A model generated the notes under the pieces. The model made no database searches. It was not told the origin of the DNA and saw only the letters and a program-made list of their open reading frames with translations. Below, one piece after another: positions 34,885 through 44,170 of a DNA stretch of 64,000 bases. Origin of the DNA: Escherichia phage ECD7; the sequence record NC_041936.1. One strand, 5' to 3'. The translations under genes and the position numbers were made by a program. The number at the start of each line of letters is the position of its first letter. The stretch's first letter is position 1.

Positions 34885-36041
34885 AGATATTTCCCGAATC
34901 GGTTGTAGTCATCGTCTGTTAAATCGGTATTAACCTGAGATACCAGATACATAATCTCTACTTCTTGCGCCGCGTTTTGAACTTCGTCAGAGTTTAACCA
35001 CTTACGCATCCACGGTAAAGGATGACGACGAACACTAAACGGGCTTTTCAGTCCGGCAGCACGCATACGGGAATCTGCCAGGTATTCTACATAGGTTTTC
35101 AGAATTTCCGGTGACAGGTTAGGAATTGCCCCCATTGCGAATAAGTGGTCTACCCATTCTTTTTCTTGCTCGACAACATCCAGAAAGATTTTCGTTGCTT
35201 CGTCTTCAAGTTCTTCCGCAATCTGTTTCCACTCATCACCGTCAGCCCCCGTTTGCCATTGACGAATAATGTATTGTGTGCCTTTTAAGTGAAGTTGTTC
35301 ATCACGCGCAATAAATTTCATGATCTTCGCGTTACCTTCAAGTAAACCACGTTCGGCAAAGCTGAAAGTACATGCAAAGGAAACATAGAAACGGATTGCT
35401 TCCAGTGCATTAACGCAGTGTGCACACAGATAAATCGAAGCCATCAGATCTCGTTTTGTATCTTCAAAAAATCTTCTTGCATCATCTAATGCTGTCTGGT
35501 CGTCTCGTTCTTCCCAATAGCGGAGATCTTCTTTTGCATTCTCATACTTACGAATCCAATAAAGAACATCGTCATAGTATTGCCCGATAGATTCCGCTCG
35601 CTTCATGATAGCAGGGTTATCGATGATCTGGTCAAACTCACTAGCCGGATCAATAAAACAGTTACGCATAATGTGAGTATAACTGCGGCTATGAATTGTC
35701 TCGCTGAATGTCCATGTTTGCAACCATGTATCGAGAGTCGGATCAGATACAATTGGACCAAATGCTGCGGACGGTGCGCGACCTTGAATAGAATCAAGCA
35801 ATGTCTGATACTTCAAGTTTTCTGTAAAGAAACGTTTTTCAACATCGCCCATATTCAGATATTGAATGCGGTCGGTTGCAAGTGAAATCTCTTCTGGACG
35901 CCAGAAAAATGACAATTGCTTTTCGATCAGTTCTTCAAATACTTGATGACGCTGAATATCATAGCGAGCGATACCCAACCCACTACCCAGAAACATCGGT
36001 TCGTTCATAATATCAACATGTTCGCGGTTAAATACGCTCAT
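34881..36041 (-). CDS. nrdB: ribonucleotide reductase small subunit
   Basis: 386 aa; ferritin-like diiron pattern (..EAIRFYVSFA.., ..ARDEQLHL..); adjacent to nrdA. Confidence 0.9.
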   Translation of the reverse strand: MSVFNREHVDIMNEPMFLGSGLGIARYDIQRHQVFEELIEKQLSFFWRPEEISLATDRIQYLNMGDVEKRFFTENLKYQTLLDSIQGRAPSAAFGPIVSDPTLDTWLQTWTFSETIHSRSYTHIMRNCFIDPASEFDQIIDNPAIMKRAESIGQYYDDVLYWIRKYENAKEDLRYWEERDDQTALDDARRFFEDTKRDLMASIYLCAHCVNALEAIRFYVSFACTFSFAERGLLEGNAKIMKFIARDEQLHLKGTQYIIRQWQTGADGDEWKQIAEELEDEATKIFLDVVEQEKEWVDHLFAMGAIPNLSPEILKTYVEYLADSRMRAAGLKSPFSVRRHPLPWMRKWLNSDEVQNAAQEVEIMYLVSQVNTDLTDDDYNRFGKYL

Positions 36042-36056
36042 TAATTCACCTCACTA

Positions 36057-36224
36057 TCACTTTTTAACACAAAAGAACTTAGTATTTCTGTTTATTTCGA
36101 TATCCTGTTGCAACTCCTGCACGGCTTCAAAACAACTTTGATGTGATGAAAACTCTACGCTGGTAACAGTTCCTTTATTATATGACCCGACACTAACGGA
36201 AAGCAATAACCATAATGTAGCCAT
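36057..36224 (-). CDS. hypothetical 55-aa protein (tandem paralog a)
   Basis: read by eye: MATLWLLLSVSVGSYNKGTVTSVEFSSHQSCFEAVQELQQ...; TAATG overlap with paralog b. Confidence 0.4.
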   Translation of the reverse strand: MATLWLLLSVSVGSYNKGTVTSVEFSSHQSCFEAVQELQQDIEINRNTKFFCVKK

Positions 36225-36397
36225 TAGTTCACCTTCTGCTTTTCAATGCAATACAGATTCATAAAGCGTTTATTGTCTTCGCGTATAATCTCGCGAGCTT
36301 TAACGCAATCCTGCTTTGTTGCAAATTCAATGCTTGACATATTTCCGTAATTATACATTGAATTGCTTATTGCAATCAATAACCATACAGTAGCCAT
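36224..36397 (-). CDS. hypothetical 57-aa protein (tandem paralog b)
   Basis: read by eye: MATVWLLIAISNSMYNYGNMSSIEFATKQDCVKAREII... Confidence 0.4.
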   Translation of the reverse strand: MATVWLLIAISNSMYNYGNMSSIEFATKQDCVKAREIIREDNKRFMNLYCIEKQKVN

Positions 36398-36564
36398 TAT
36401 CCGACAACCTCAAAACATTTATCATCAGGAAGAATAGCCCATTCTACGCCGTATTCATCCTTAACGTAGTAGCAAGTCCCATCATGTCGAGCATCATATT
36501 CATCACCGACAACAAAGCTATCAGCTAGTTCAAAATCTACAGCAACACATTTTAATTTGGTCAT
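36397..36564 (-). CDS. hypothetical small early protein
   Basis: start set to ATG MTKLKCVAV.. just downstream of promoter cassette. Confidence 0.45.
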   Translation of the reverse strand: MTKLKCVAVDFELADSFVVGDEYDARHDGTCYYVKDEYGVEWAILPDDKCFEVVG

Positions 36565-36624
36565 AATAAAATCCTCACTTGTTTTTGATGGTTGTATTAT
36601 AGCGGGGATTTCTCCCCGCGTCAA
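36565..36624 (-). promoter_or_regulatory. early promoter cassette (PeSL-like) 14
   Basis: TTGACG, spacer with GCGGGGAGAAATCCCCGC palindrome, TATAAT, between nrdA and small genes. Confidence 0.5.
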
Positions 36625-36632
36625 CACTTATT

Positions 36633-38876
36633 TTACAGCTTGCAAGATGAGCACTCGCTAGCGTCTTCCGTACCATCAGCACCATCACGCACGTTAGCGT
36701 AATACAGTGTCTTGAGGCCGTAATATTGAGCAAACAACATATCATCTAATACATCAGCAATATCGACTTTACCAGTCTTATAAGTGCTTGGATCGTAGGA
36801 TGTGTTGGAACTAATCGCCTGATCTACAAACTTCTGCATGATCGCTGCCAGTGTCAGATAAGGCTTGTTACCTTTCTTGATCAGTGTCCAAAGCAGGTCA
36901 ATAACATCAGCATTATTCTCTACGTTCGGAATAACCTGATTAAATTGCCCTTCTTTCGATCCTTTAACCGATACAATCCCGCGAGGCGGTTCAATACCGT
37001 TTGTGCTGTTAGACACCTGAGAGGACGACTCACAAGGCATCAGCGCCGAAAGCGTACTGTTACGAATGCCATATTTTTTCAGGTCTTCGCGAAGTTCTTC
37101 CCAATCCATCTCATACACAGGATCAACCAGTTCATCTACTGTCTTTTTGTACCAGTCGATAGGCAGTTCACCGCGACCATAACGTGTTTCGTGCATCAGT
37201 TCGCAAGCACCCTTCTCTTTAGCCAGTTGTACACTAGCCTTAATCAGAGCATATTGCAAGCGTTCAAACGTTTTATGCGTAAACTCGTTAGCGTCTTCAT
37301 ATGTGAAGAAATTATCCGCCAGATATGATGCAAAGTTAGTCACACCAACACCCAGAGAGCGACGTTTTTTGGCTGTCAGAGCTTGTTCTACAGGATAATC
37401 CTGGTAATCTAACAGGTTGTCAAGTGCACGCACCATAACCATAGCAATGCGTTCTACTTCTTCCATATTTTCGATATCAAAGTTTCCTAAAACATATGCT
37501 GCCAAAGTACATAGGCTGATCTCTGAATCATCACGACCCATCGGTTTTGTTGGCAGAGCAATTTCACAACACAGGTTAGATTGTTTAATCGGTGCTACAT
37601 TACGAATAAACGCCCCGTGATTGTTCATGTTGTCTGTGAACGCTGGATAGATTCGACCAGTGTTAAAACGTTCAATTGCCACCGCTAAAAACAGGTCTTC
37701 GGCTTTAACACGAGTTTTACGAACACTCGGATCTTTTTCCAGTTTTTCGTAAAGCTGGCGGAAACCTTCCTCATCTCGGAAGTACAGATCCCACAACAAG
37801 CCACCTGCAACATCTGGACTAAACAGAGTAATGTAATCCCGTTTGAGGAATCGCTCTACCATCAGGTTATTAATCTGTACGCCGTAATCAAGATGACGAA
37901 TGCGGTTATCTTCTACCCCTTTGTTGTTCTTCAACACAATCAGACTTTCAAACTCTAAATGCCACATTGGGTAATAGAGAGTCGCCGCCCCGCCACGAAT
38001 ACCGCCTTGTGAACATGACTTAACGGCAGTCTGAAAATGTTTCCAGAATGGGATAACGCCAGTATGACGAACTTCACCATGCCCGATCTTAGATCCTTCC
38101 GCACGAATCATGCCAGCGTTGATACCGATGCCAGCACGCTTGCTAATATACTTGATGATTGCATTTGCGGTTTCATTAATACCCTGCAATGAATCATCAG
38201 ATTCGATCACCACACACGAACTAAATTGGCGTGTTGGGGTACGCACACCAGCCATAATCGGAGTAGGCAGAGAAATTTGCTTATTAGCAACAGCATTATA
38301 AAAATCAATCACATGTTCAAGTCGATTTTCTGTCTCTTCTTGATGTAAGCACATACCGATCAGCATATACGCAAATTGCGGTGTTTCAATGATTTTCTTA
38401 GTGCTGCGATCCTGAACAAGATATTTCTCTTTTAACTGCATCGCACCAGCATAGGTCATTTTAAAATCAAGTTTATGGTCGATGAATTTCTCCAGATATT
38501 CCACTTCTTCACGGGAATACTTTTGCAGAATTTCGCGATCATATTTTCCGGTTGCAATATTACGCTCAATATGGCTATAAAAATCAATAGGTTGGAATTG
38601 ACCGTATACTGATTTACGAAGCGCGAACATTGCAAGGTTACTTGCTACATATTGATAATCAGGTGTTTCTACAGTAATGTTATCTGCGGCGACCTTAATC
38701 AATACTTTCTGGATATCATTGGTAGACATACCTTCTGTCAGAAGTGGTTCAACCATATCAAATAATTCATATGGGTCAACGTTATGACCTTCGGCTGCCG
38801 CTTCCAGAATTTTCATTACTTTTTCTTTTTCAAACGGAACAGTCAGACCGGAAGACTTAACAACATTTTTAATCAT
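36633..38876 (-). CDS. nrdA: ribonucleotide reductase large subunit
   Basis: 747 aa; N-terminal ATP-cone-like region, catalytic ..NLCCEIALP.. and C-terminal ..CSSCKL redox tail. Confidence 0.9.
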   Translation of the reverse strand: MIKNVVKSSGLTVPFEKEKVMKILEAAAEGHNVDPYELFDMVEPLLTEGMSTNDIQKVLIKVAADNITVETPDYQYVASNLAMFALRKSVYGQFQPIDFYSHIERNIATGKYDREILQKYSREEVEYLEKFIDHKLDFKMTYAGAMQLKEKYLVQDRSTKKIIETPQFAYMLIGMCLHQEETENRLEHVIDFYNAVANKQISLPTPIMAGVRTPTRQFSSCVVIESDDSLQGINETANAIIKYISKRAGIGINAGMIRAEGSKIGHGEVRHTGVIPFWKHFQTAVKSCSQGGIRGGAATLYYPMWHLEFESLIVLKNNKGVEDNRIRHLDYGVQINNLMVERFLKRDYITLFSPDVAGGLLWDLYFRDEEGFRQLYEKLEKDPSVRKTRVKAEDLFLAVAIERFNTGRIYPAFTDNMNNHGAFIRNVAPIKQSNLCCEIALPTKPMGRDDSEISLCTLAAYVLGNFDIENMEEVERIAMVMVRALDNLLDYQDYPVEQALTAKKRRSLGVGVTNFASYLADNFFTYEDANEFTHKTFERLQYALIKASVQLAKEKGACELMHETRYGRGELPIDWYKKTVDELVDPVYEMDWEELREDLKKYGIRNSTLSALMPCESSSQVSNSTNGIEPPRGIVSVKGSKEGQFNQVIPNVENNADVIDLLWTLIKKGNKPYLTLAAIMQKFVDQAISSNTSYDPSTYKTGKVDIADVLDDMLFAQYYGLKTLYYANVRDGADGTEDASECSSCKL

Positions 38877-38943
38877 ATTACCTCACTTCATATTTTAGCA
38901 GGAACAAGTTTATCCTCCATAACGGGGCTTTCGCCCCCTTTGT

Positions 38944-40176
38944 TTATACTGCCATTTGAGCGGTGATCGCTGGATGGCTTTGATAGTTGTGAATTTTAAA
39001 GTCTTTCGGAGTCTTTGTCAATACCTCATCTAAAGATTTAAATTCCGGCAACTCAATTGTTGGTTTATCAAACGGAACACGGTTTAACTGTTCCATAACT
39101 TGATCAAAATGGTTTTTGTAAATGTGAGTATCTCCGCCGGAGAAAATCAGTTCACCAACTTCAAGGTCGCACATTTTCGCTATGATGTGAGTTAACAGCG
39201 CATAGCTGGCGACGTTAAAGGGCAAGCCCAAAAAGCTGTCTACGCTTCTCTGAAACCACATGCAAGATAGTTTACCTTCATTGACGTAGAATTGCACGAA
39301 AGGATGACATACACCTAATACAGCATTATGTGTTCCTTGTACGTTCCATGAGTCAATAATGATCCGGCGATCCGTTGGATTGTTTTTAATTTGTTCAATC
39401 ACGTTTTGTAACTGGTCTTCCCAAATCTTCGGGCGATAGACATATTCTTCATCGTCTTTAGTGCTCGATGTGTCTACGTCCATACTAGCAAAGATCGTGG
39501 TATCTGGTGCTAAAATATCCCCACCCAGATAATCACTATCAAGCAGATAACCGAAATAACCATCATCTACCCATTCCTGGAATCCCCACAAGCAATATGC
39601 ATCATTAACAAAATTAGATTGAGTCTTCCAGTGGTCTGCTACTAAGAATAGATTATATTCAGAATCAAACTCTTCATAACGCATACCACGCCAGATAGCA
39701 CATAAACGGTCTTCTGTTTCATTGGTTGGCGTAAAGTCTTCTACCCACGGGTGCTTAAATGTATGTGTATATTTGCTCTTAACGCGCTTAATTTTGACTT
39801 CCCCGTGTGGATGAATCGGTTTGCGTCGCCACGCCATACCATACATATTGCCAACATTATAGCCGTTGAATCGTAGCGGATTCTTTTCTTTCATATCAAG
39901 ACAGTTGCCGCGCCAAATGTCGAAGGCTTCTTCGTCAAACCGACCGCGTGTAATTTCCTGTAAGCGACGGCGGTCAAGTGATCCCTCCATAAACCATAGC
40001 AACTCGCCAATTACAGAGGCTGTAGCCATCTTTTTAGTGGTCAGTAATGGGAAACCCTTGCTTAAATCAATTCGCATCTCTGCGCCGAATTTAGAGAGCG
40101 TACCTACCCCCGTGCGGTCTTCACGAGGCCAGCCATTATCAAGAACATCACGCAACAGTTTCAAATATTCTTTCAT
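38944..40176 (-). CDS. td: thymidylate synthase with a large internal insertion
   Basis: DRTGVGTLS, PLLTTKK, ELLWFM, ..VCHPFVQFYV.. (active-site Cys), FLGLPFNVASYALL; about 115-125 extra residues between WRR and DQLQNV relative to ThyA. Confidence 0.8.
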   Translation of the reverse strand: MKEYLKLLRDVLDNGWPREDRTGVGTLSKFGAEMRIDLSKGFPLLTTKKMATASVIGELLWFMEGSLDRRRLQEITRGRFDEEAFDIWRGNCLDMKEKNPLRFNGYNVGNMYGMAWRRKPIHPHGEVKIKRVKSKYTHTFKHPWVEDFTPTNETEDRLCAIWRGMRYEEFDSEYNLFLVADHWKTQSNFVNDAYCLWGFQEWVDDGYFGYLLDSDYLGGDILAPDTTIFASMDVDTSSTKDDEEYVYRPKIWEDQLQNVIEQIKNNPTDRRIIIDSWNVQGTHNAVLGVCHPFVQFYVNEGKLSCMWFQRSVDSFLGLPFNVASYALLTHIIAKMCDLEVGELIFSGGDTHIYKNHFDQVMEQLNRVPFDKPTIELPEFKSLDEVLTKTPKDFKIHNYQSHPAITAQMAV

Positions 40177-40417
40177 CCCACATCACCTTTTTCTTGTTGA
40201 TTGCTTTCTTACGCAGTTTTGCTACTGTCTCGTCAATATTGATAAAGACAACGCCCGGATCGAATACAGTAACAGGTCTTGAAATATCGCTATTTTCCTG
40301 TACTGGAAGCCATGATGCTTTAGCTTCATCATAGAGATATTGTAAACCGTAATAATCTACGGCTACTGCGTAGTTTTCACTGGTAGCCGTCCATAATTGA
40401 ATAATACCGACTTTCAT
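40148..40417 (-). CDS. hypothetical small protein
   Basis: start set to ATG MKVGIIQL..; overlaps td start. Confidence 0.45.
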   Translation of the reverse strand: MKVGIIQLWTATSENYAVAVDYYGLQYLYDEAKASWLPVQENSDISRPVTVFDPGVVFINIDETVAKLRKKAINKKKVMWDERIFETVA

Positions 40418-40509
40418 TATTGTTCCCGTCCGCAATGTAAACACCGACTACCAGCAAACATCAAAGATTCACCACAATGTTTGCACTCATAATCTGTCAG
40501 AATTTTCAT
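40417..40509 (-). CDS. tiny zinc-ribbon ORF (30 aa)
   Basis: read by eye MKILTDYECKHCGESLMFAGSRCLHCGREQ; CxxC..CxxC; tightly packed between frd and next gene with TAATG overlap. Confidence 0.3.
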   Translation of the reverse strand: MKILTDYECKHCGESLMFAGSRCLHCGREQ

Positions 40510-40510
40510 G

Positions 40511-41092
40511 TTACGCCTTCTTACGTTCTAAAATTTGTTCGCTGATCAGGTAATTATCAAGGAAGTAATTATGTTCTTCTTTTGTTGCAAAGTCAAAATA
40601 TAATTCCTGAATCATTTCCTTAGAGATACCAACATCATATTCAAATGGATCGTTGACCCCTGAACGTTGAACATACGTTAACACAATACGGTCCGCAAAG
40701 TCAACTGCTTTTTCAATCAGGGAAGGTCCACCGATAACACTTACCAAACCTTGCGTTTTCTCCAGGACTTTTAACAGATCCTTTAATTCGTCATCATTAG
40801 TAATTGCGGTATACACATCTGGTTGGTCGCCGTTTTTTGTTTTCGGTTCTGGCTTGCTGGTATCGGTGCTAACAACCACATTCAAACGTCCCCAAAGTGC
40901 TTTAGGCAGACTTTCAAAGGTGTTACGTCCCATTACTACCGCAGCAAAATCAACATCGCCAATAGTGCGGATTTTAAAGTTTTCCATATCCTTTTTGATT
41001 GGACGATCCCACGGTAAACCGCCTTTAAAACCAAACGCCCAATTTTCATCTGACATTTTAGTGTTGCCAATCGCAAATACACATTGAATCAT
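40511..41092 (-). CDS. frd: dihydrofolate reductase
   Basis: ..IQCVFAIG..GFKGGLPW.. DHFR N-terminal pattern; start set to ATG with GGAG SD; adjacent to td. Confidence 0.8.
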   Translation of the reverse strand: MIQCVFAIGNTKMSDENWAFGFKGGLPWDRPIKKDMENFKIRTIGDVDFAAVVMGRNTFESLPKALWGRLNVVVSTDTSKPEPKTKNGDQPDVYTAITNDDELKDLLKVLEKTQGLVSVIGGPSLIEKAVDFADRIVLTYVQRSGVNDPFEYDVGISKEMIQELYFDFATKEEHNYFLDNYLISEQILERKKA

Positions 41093-41106
41093 AATATAAT
41101 CTCCTA

Positions 41107-41436
41107 TCAAATCAGTTTGAAATAGTTGTCTTGCACGTTTTCTTCTGTGATTGCCGTTTTAAATTCTTGACCGTTATCCGGTGTTATGACATAGCGGTCT
41201 GAATAATCACGCCATCTTTTCAGCATACTGACGCCAACATTAACACCATTTTCCCAGAAACGGAAGGTAATCATTTTTGTTTCATATCGGTAATCACTTT
41301 GAATCAAGCTACCATCACCGCGACGTGATTCATAAACCGTAATACATTCACGGTTAGCGGCTTTAAGGCATTCTTCAATAGTGCCACACGAGACAATTTC
41401 TGTTGAGTCATCTACGATTTGTTCTACAGTCCACAT
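41107..41436 (-). CDS. hypothetical early protein
   Basis: 109 aa, promoter cassette upstream. Confidence 0.5.
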   Translation of the reverse strand: MWTVEQIVDDSTEIVSCGTIEECLKAANRECITVYESRRGDGSLIQSDYRYETKMITFRFWENGVNVGVSMLKRWRDYSDRYVITPDNGQEFKTAITEENVQDNYFKLI

Positions 41437-41485
41437 AATATAATTCTCTCTTCGTTTCGATGTTTGTATTATACATCATCTGTAT
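41437..41485 (-). promoter_or_regulatory. early promoter cassette 15
   Basis: TTGACA, 17 bp, TATAAT-like (ATAATACAAAC), leader CATCGAAACGAAGAG. Confidence 0.5.
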
Positions 41486-41491
41486 TCGGTG

Positions 41492-41821
41492 TCAACCTTT
41501 TTGTTCCATGAAAAGCGGTGCTGTTTCTTCTTTCAGTTTAATAACTAGCGCGGAAACTTCATCAAGAAAATCTTTTTCCATATGAGCAAGCATTGATTTA
41601 GAATCTTTGATGACTTTCAAAGAATATTCACTTAGATTTCCTTTTCCTAACAATAATGCAGGATACACACTATGTGGGATCTCGATTTCATGATATTCGC
41701 TCATAGTATAATATTTGTGAATTTTTAAATCTATATTTCTTCGTTGTACGTCTACATCAGCAATGACATACAGAAGTTCAATTTTATCACTTTTCTGGGA
41801 AAGGGTAGCATTCAAAAACAT
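41492..41821 (-). CDS. hypothetical early protein
   Basis: 109 aa, promoter cassette upstream. Confidence 0.5.
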   Translation of the reverse strand: MFLNATLSQKSDKIELLYVIADVDVQRRNIDLKIHKYYTMSEYHEIEIPHSVYPALLLGKGNLSEYSLKVIKDSKSMLAHMEKDFLDEVSALVIKLKEETAPLFMEQKG

Positions 41822-41878
41822 TGTTAATCCTCCGTTGTTTCGATGCTTGTATTATACAACCTCATCTCAGCATGTCAA
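41822..41878 (-). promoter_or_regulatory. early promoter cassette 16
   Basis: TTGACA, 17 bp, TATAAT, leader CATCGAAACAACGGAGGATTAACAATG. Confidence 0.5.
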
Positions 41879-41903
41879 CACCTTTTTCATAAAATTTTAG
41901 GCA

Positions 41904-41930
41904 ATAAAAAAGCCTCCCCGAAGGGAGGCT
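41904..41930 (-). terminator. rho-independent terminator downstream of gene 32
   Basis: AGCCTCCCTTCGGGGAGGCT hairpin then TTTTTTATT on minus strand. Confidence 0.65.
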
Positions 41931-41940
41931 GTAAAATTCA

Positions 41941-42165
41941 TTACATCGCTAACAGAGAGTCCAGGTCATCCAGATCAGAAGCGGAGGAAGTACCGCCACC
42001 CAGGTCCAGAGATGCCATCAGATCATCAGCGGAAGAATCTGACGCTGTGCTAGTTGCGGTAGTACCAGCGTCGAATGCATTCATCTGTGCATCGAAATCA
42101 TCAAGCTGGCTGTTAATCGCTGCCGCAGCACCAGAAGCCGCAGTACCAGCTACCAGCTTACGCCT
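41941..42165 (-). other. 32: gp32 C-terminal acidic domain encoded out of frame
   Basis: minus-strand frame shifted relative to 42150-42887 translates ..[44 protein letters not shown], typical of the gp32 acidic tail; no start codon of its own. Confidence 0.6.
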
Positions 42166-42887
42166 TTAACTTTCTTAAATTTAGCATCCAGTTCCTCGAA
42201 AGATTTAAACTGGTCTTTTGCTACGATAACATCAATATCTACCATGTTTTCGAACAGATATTTCTGGAATGCTTCATCTTCGATGTTCGGAATCGCTGAT
42301 TGCTGCATGAAACGTGAATCATCGTAGTTCAGGAATTTATCTACTTTCTTAGCTTTCAGAAGGAAGTTAGCGCCTTCGAACGGACATACGATGTTTACAG
42401 GTTTTTCGCCCAATTCCGTGTTTACGTTGCTCATTGCCAGAATCTTGTCATAAATTTTCTTACCGAAGCGGAATTTAAATACTTTACCTTCGTTTTCCGG
42501 CGCTTTCGGATCTTTCATGACCAGAATGTTTGCGAAGTAAGAAGATTTACGCTTAACATCTTGATATTCTTTATTGTTGGTGTTGTACAGGTCATTTTCG
42601 CTAATGTATTTGCACACAGGGCAAGAATCAAAATCACCGTGGGTGCTAGGGCAGTTTTCCCAATAATACTTACCATTTACTTTGAAAGAATGGTTTACAA
42701 GGTTGATGATCGGTAAACCGTCTTCGGTGCGTGCCGGAAGAAAACGAATCACCGCTTCACCGTTACCCGCCGCGTCAGTTTTAATCTTCCACTCTTTCGG
42801 ATCTTCTTTGGAGAAGCCGTTGCTACCTTTCAGTGCTGCCAGTTGAGCTTGCAGTTTGGAAGAATCTTGACGACGAAAAATGTTCAT
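42150..42887 (-). CDS. 32: ssDNA-binding protein gp32, N-terminal and core domains (ORF ends prematurely)
   Basis: ..[32 protein letters not shown].., ..[12 protein letters not shown].., ..[15 protein letters not shown].., ..[14 protein letters not shown].. match recalled T4 gp32; start set to ATG MNIFRRQ..; ORF stops at TAG 42150-42152 before the acidic tail. Confidence 0.8.
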   Translation of the reverse strand: MNIFRRQDSSKLQAQLAALKGSNGFSKEDPKEWKIKTDAAGNGEAVIRFLPARTEDGLPIINLVNHSFKVNGKYYWENCPSTHGDFDSCPVCKYISENDLYNTNNKEYQDVKRKSSYFANILVMKDPKAPENEGKVFKFRFGKKIYDKILAMSNVNTELGEKPVNIVCPFEGANFLLKAKKVDKFLNYDDSRFMQQSAIPNIEDEAFQKYLFENMVDIDVIVAKDQFKSFEELDAKFKKVKGVSW

Positions 42888-42953
42888 AATTATACCTCTT
42901 TTATACATTAACTATTAATTTGCTAGATTATTATACAGATTTAAATTTACTTG

Positions 42954-43634
42954 TCAACTATTTGTTTCGGCTTTTAATTGAGATATTTCTTTACACTCTT
43001 TAACTACTTTAACAAATAATGCTCTTGCTTTTGCGGCGTCAATAACAAGTAGTTTCTTGTACGCCTTCATTTTAACACTATAAGTTTGCCAAATCAAGTC
43101 TTTGGCTACCTTGTCGTGTTCGTCGATTATATTTAGAAAGCTATCTAACAACATAAACGACTCAAACGATATAATCCGATTTTGCAGTAGTTTAAAAATA
43201 CCGCTTGTTTCGGTTGCGGGATTATATGTAATTAGCTCTTTAAGAGTAACCCCGCGTTTCTCTGAGAAGTATACCAGACTTTTAATGTCATCGTCAAATC
43301 GTGTTGCAGCATCAGTGATCTTACCGATATACTCCATGTAAAATCCGTATGCGTCAACATCAGTGATTTCACCTACCCATGCATCGGTATTAGCTACCAG
43401 ATTGCTTAGGAATAGGAAGTATAATTCTCTTAGATTGTACTTTTCCGCTAATTTTGCGAAATAATACTTATCTCTGCGTTTATTGAATGCGGCATCAGAC
43501 AACCGCATCCTCCAATTGTATTTTACGCAATCATAACGCCCGTTCATGTGAGCTTTCATCATGCAATATAACATATACACAGATTTAGCATTAATTCGCA
43601 TATCTGGATCTGGAGGAAGACGGTTTCTGATCAT
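42954..43634 (-). CDS. 59: helicase loader gp59
   Basis: ..AKSVYMLYCMMKAHMNGRYDCVKYNWRMRLSDAAFNKRRDKYYF.. matches recalled T4 gp59. Confidence 0.8.
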   Translation of the reverse strand: MIRNRLPPDPDMRINAKSVYMLYCMMKAHMNGRYDCVKYNWRMRLSDAAFNKRRDKYYFAKLAEKYNLRELYFLFLSNLVANTDAWVGEITDVDAYGFYMEYIGKITDAATRFDDDIKSLVYFSEKRGVTLKELITYNPATETSGIFKLLQNRIISFESFMLLDSFLNIIDEHDKVAKDLIWQTYSVKMKAYKKLLVIDAAKARALFVKVVKECKEISQLKAETNS

Positions 43635-43643
43635 ACATACCCC

Positions 43644-43898
43644 TTAAATATCGAGAGTGTTGGTCGGTTCGTCGATCACTCCCTTCCTGAGCGTTCTATT
43701 TACTATACATTCTTGTGTGATCTTGTCAATAATGGACACAGGAATATACTTCTGATAGTGACCATATTCGATAGAGTTTTCCTCTACAAACTGCGTTGTC
43801 GCTTCAAGATAAGTCAATCCCTCTTCAACAACCAGTTTTTCGATTGCAAGACCGTTTGCTGTTTTGTTCGCGGCTTTTACCGCATGTTCATTAAGCAT
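43644..43898 (-). CDS. 33: late transcription co-activator gp33-like (by synteny)
   Basis: small acidic protein between 59 and dsbA; start set to internal ATG (MLNEHAV..). Confidence 0.5.
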   Translation of the reverse strand: MLNEHAVKAANKTANGLAIEKLVVEEGLTYLEATTQFVEENSIEYGHYQKYIPVSIIDKITQECIVNRTLRKGVIDEPTNTLDI

Positions 43899-44166
43899 TG
43901 AACACCCGATCATAGAGTTCTACCGCTTCGTCGCGTTCTGCTTCGAAGGTTTCGCGCTGTTGCTGGTGATACAGTTTAAACAGAATGCCCCACATTTTAC
44001 CATCTACGCCTAATTCTTCTTTAGCACGCTGCTTGATCTCTTTGATCTTATCGCCATATGCTTCTTGAATGGTTTTCTGATCGCTGGCTTCTTTAATCAG
44101 TTGTGCCAGGGTATTTCCGTGCACTGCTTCGTCGAATACTACTTTTTCTTTTTTCTGTTCAGTCAT
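43891..44166 (-). CDS. dsbA: DsbA-like dsDNA-binding protein (by synteny)
   Basis: 91-aa charged protein at the T4 dsbA position. Confidence 0.55.
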   Translation of the reverse strand: MTEQKKEKVVFDEAVHGNTLAQLIKEASDQKTIQEAYGDKIKEIKQRAKEELGVDGKMWGILFKLYHQQQRETFEAERDEAVELYDRVFNA

Positions 44167-44170
44167 AATA

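Noticed and set aside
38920-38945. GGGGCTTTCGCCCC hairpin between td and nrdA as a terminator
   Set aside because: The T-run follows on the plus strand only, antisense to all local genes; on the transcribed minus strand there is no T-tract. Possibly an RNA structure but not a clear terminator.
38944-40176. Group I intron or intein in td, as T4 td carries an intron
   Set aside because: The ORF is continuous through the conserved catalytic region. The extra segment is in frame, protein-like and lacks intein boundary residues (no Cys/Ser at the N-junction, no His-Asn at the C-junction), so it is treated as a domain insertion.
41843-42169. 108-aa plus-strand ORF
   Set aside because: Antisense to the gp32 acidic-tail coding region; the minus-strand translation is recognisably gp32.
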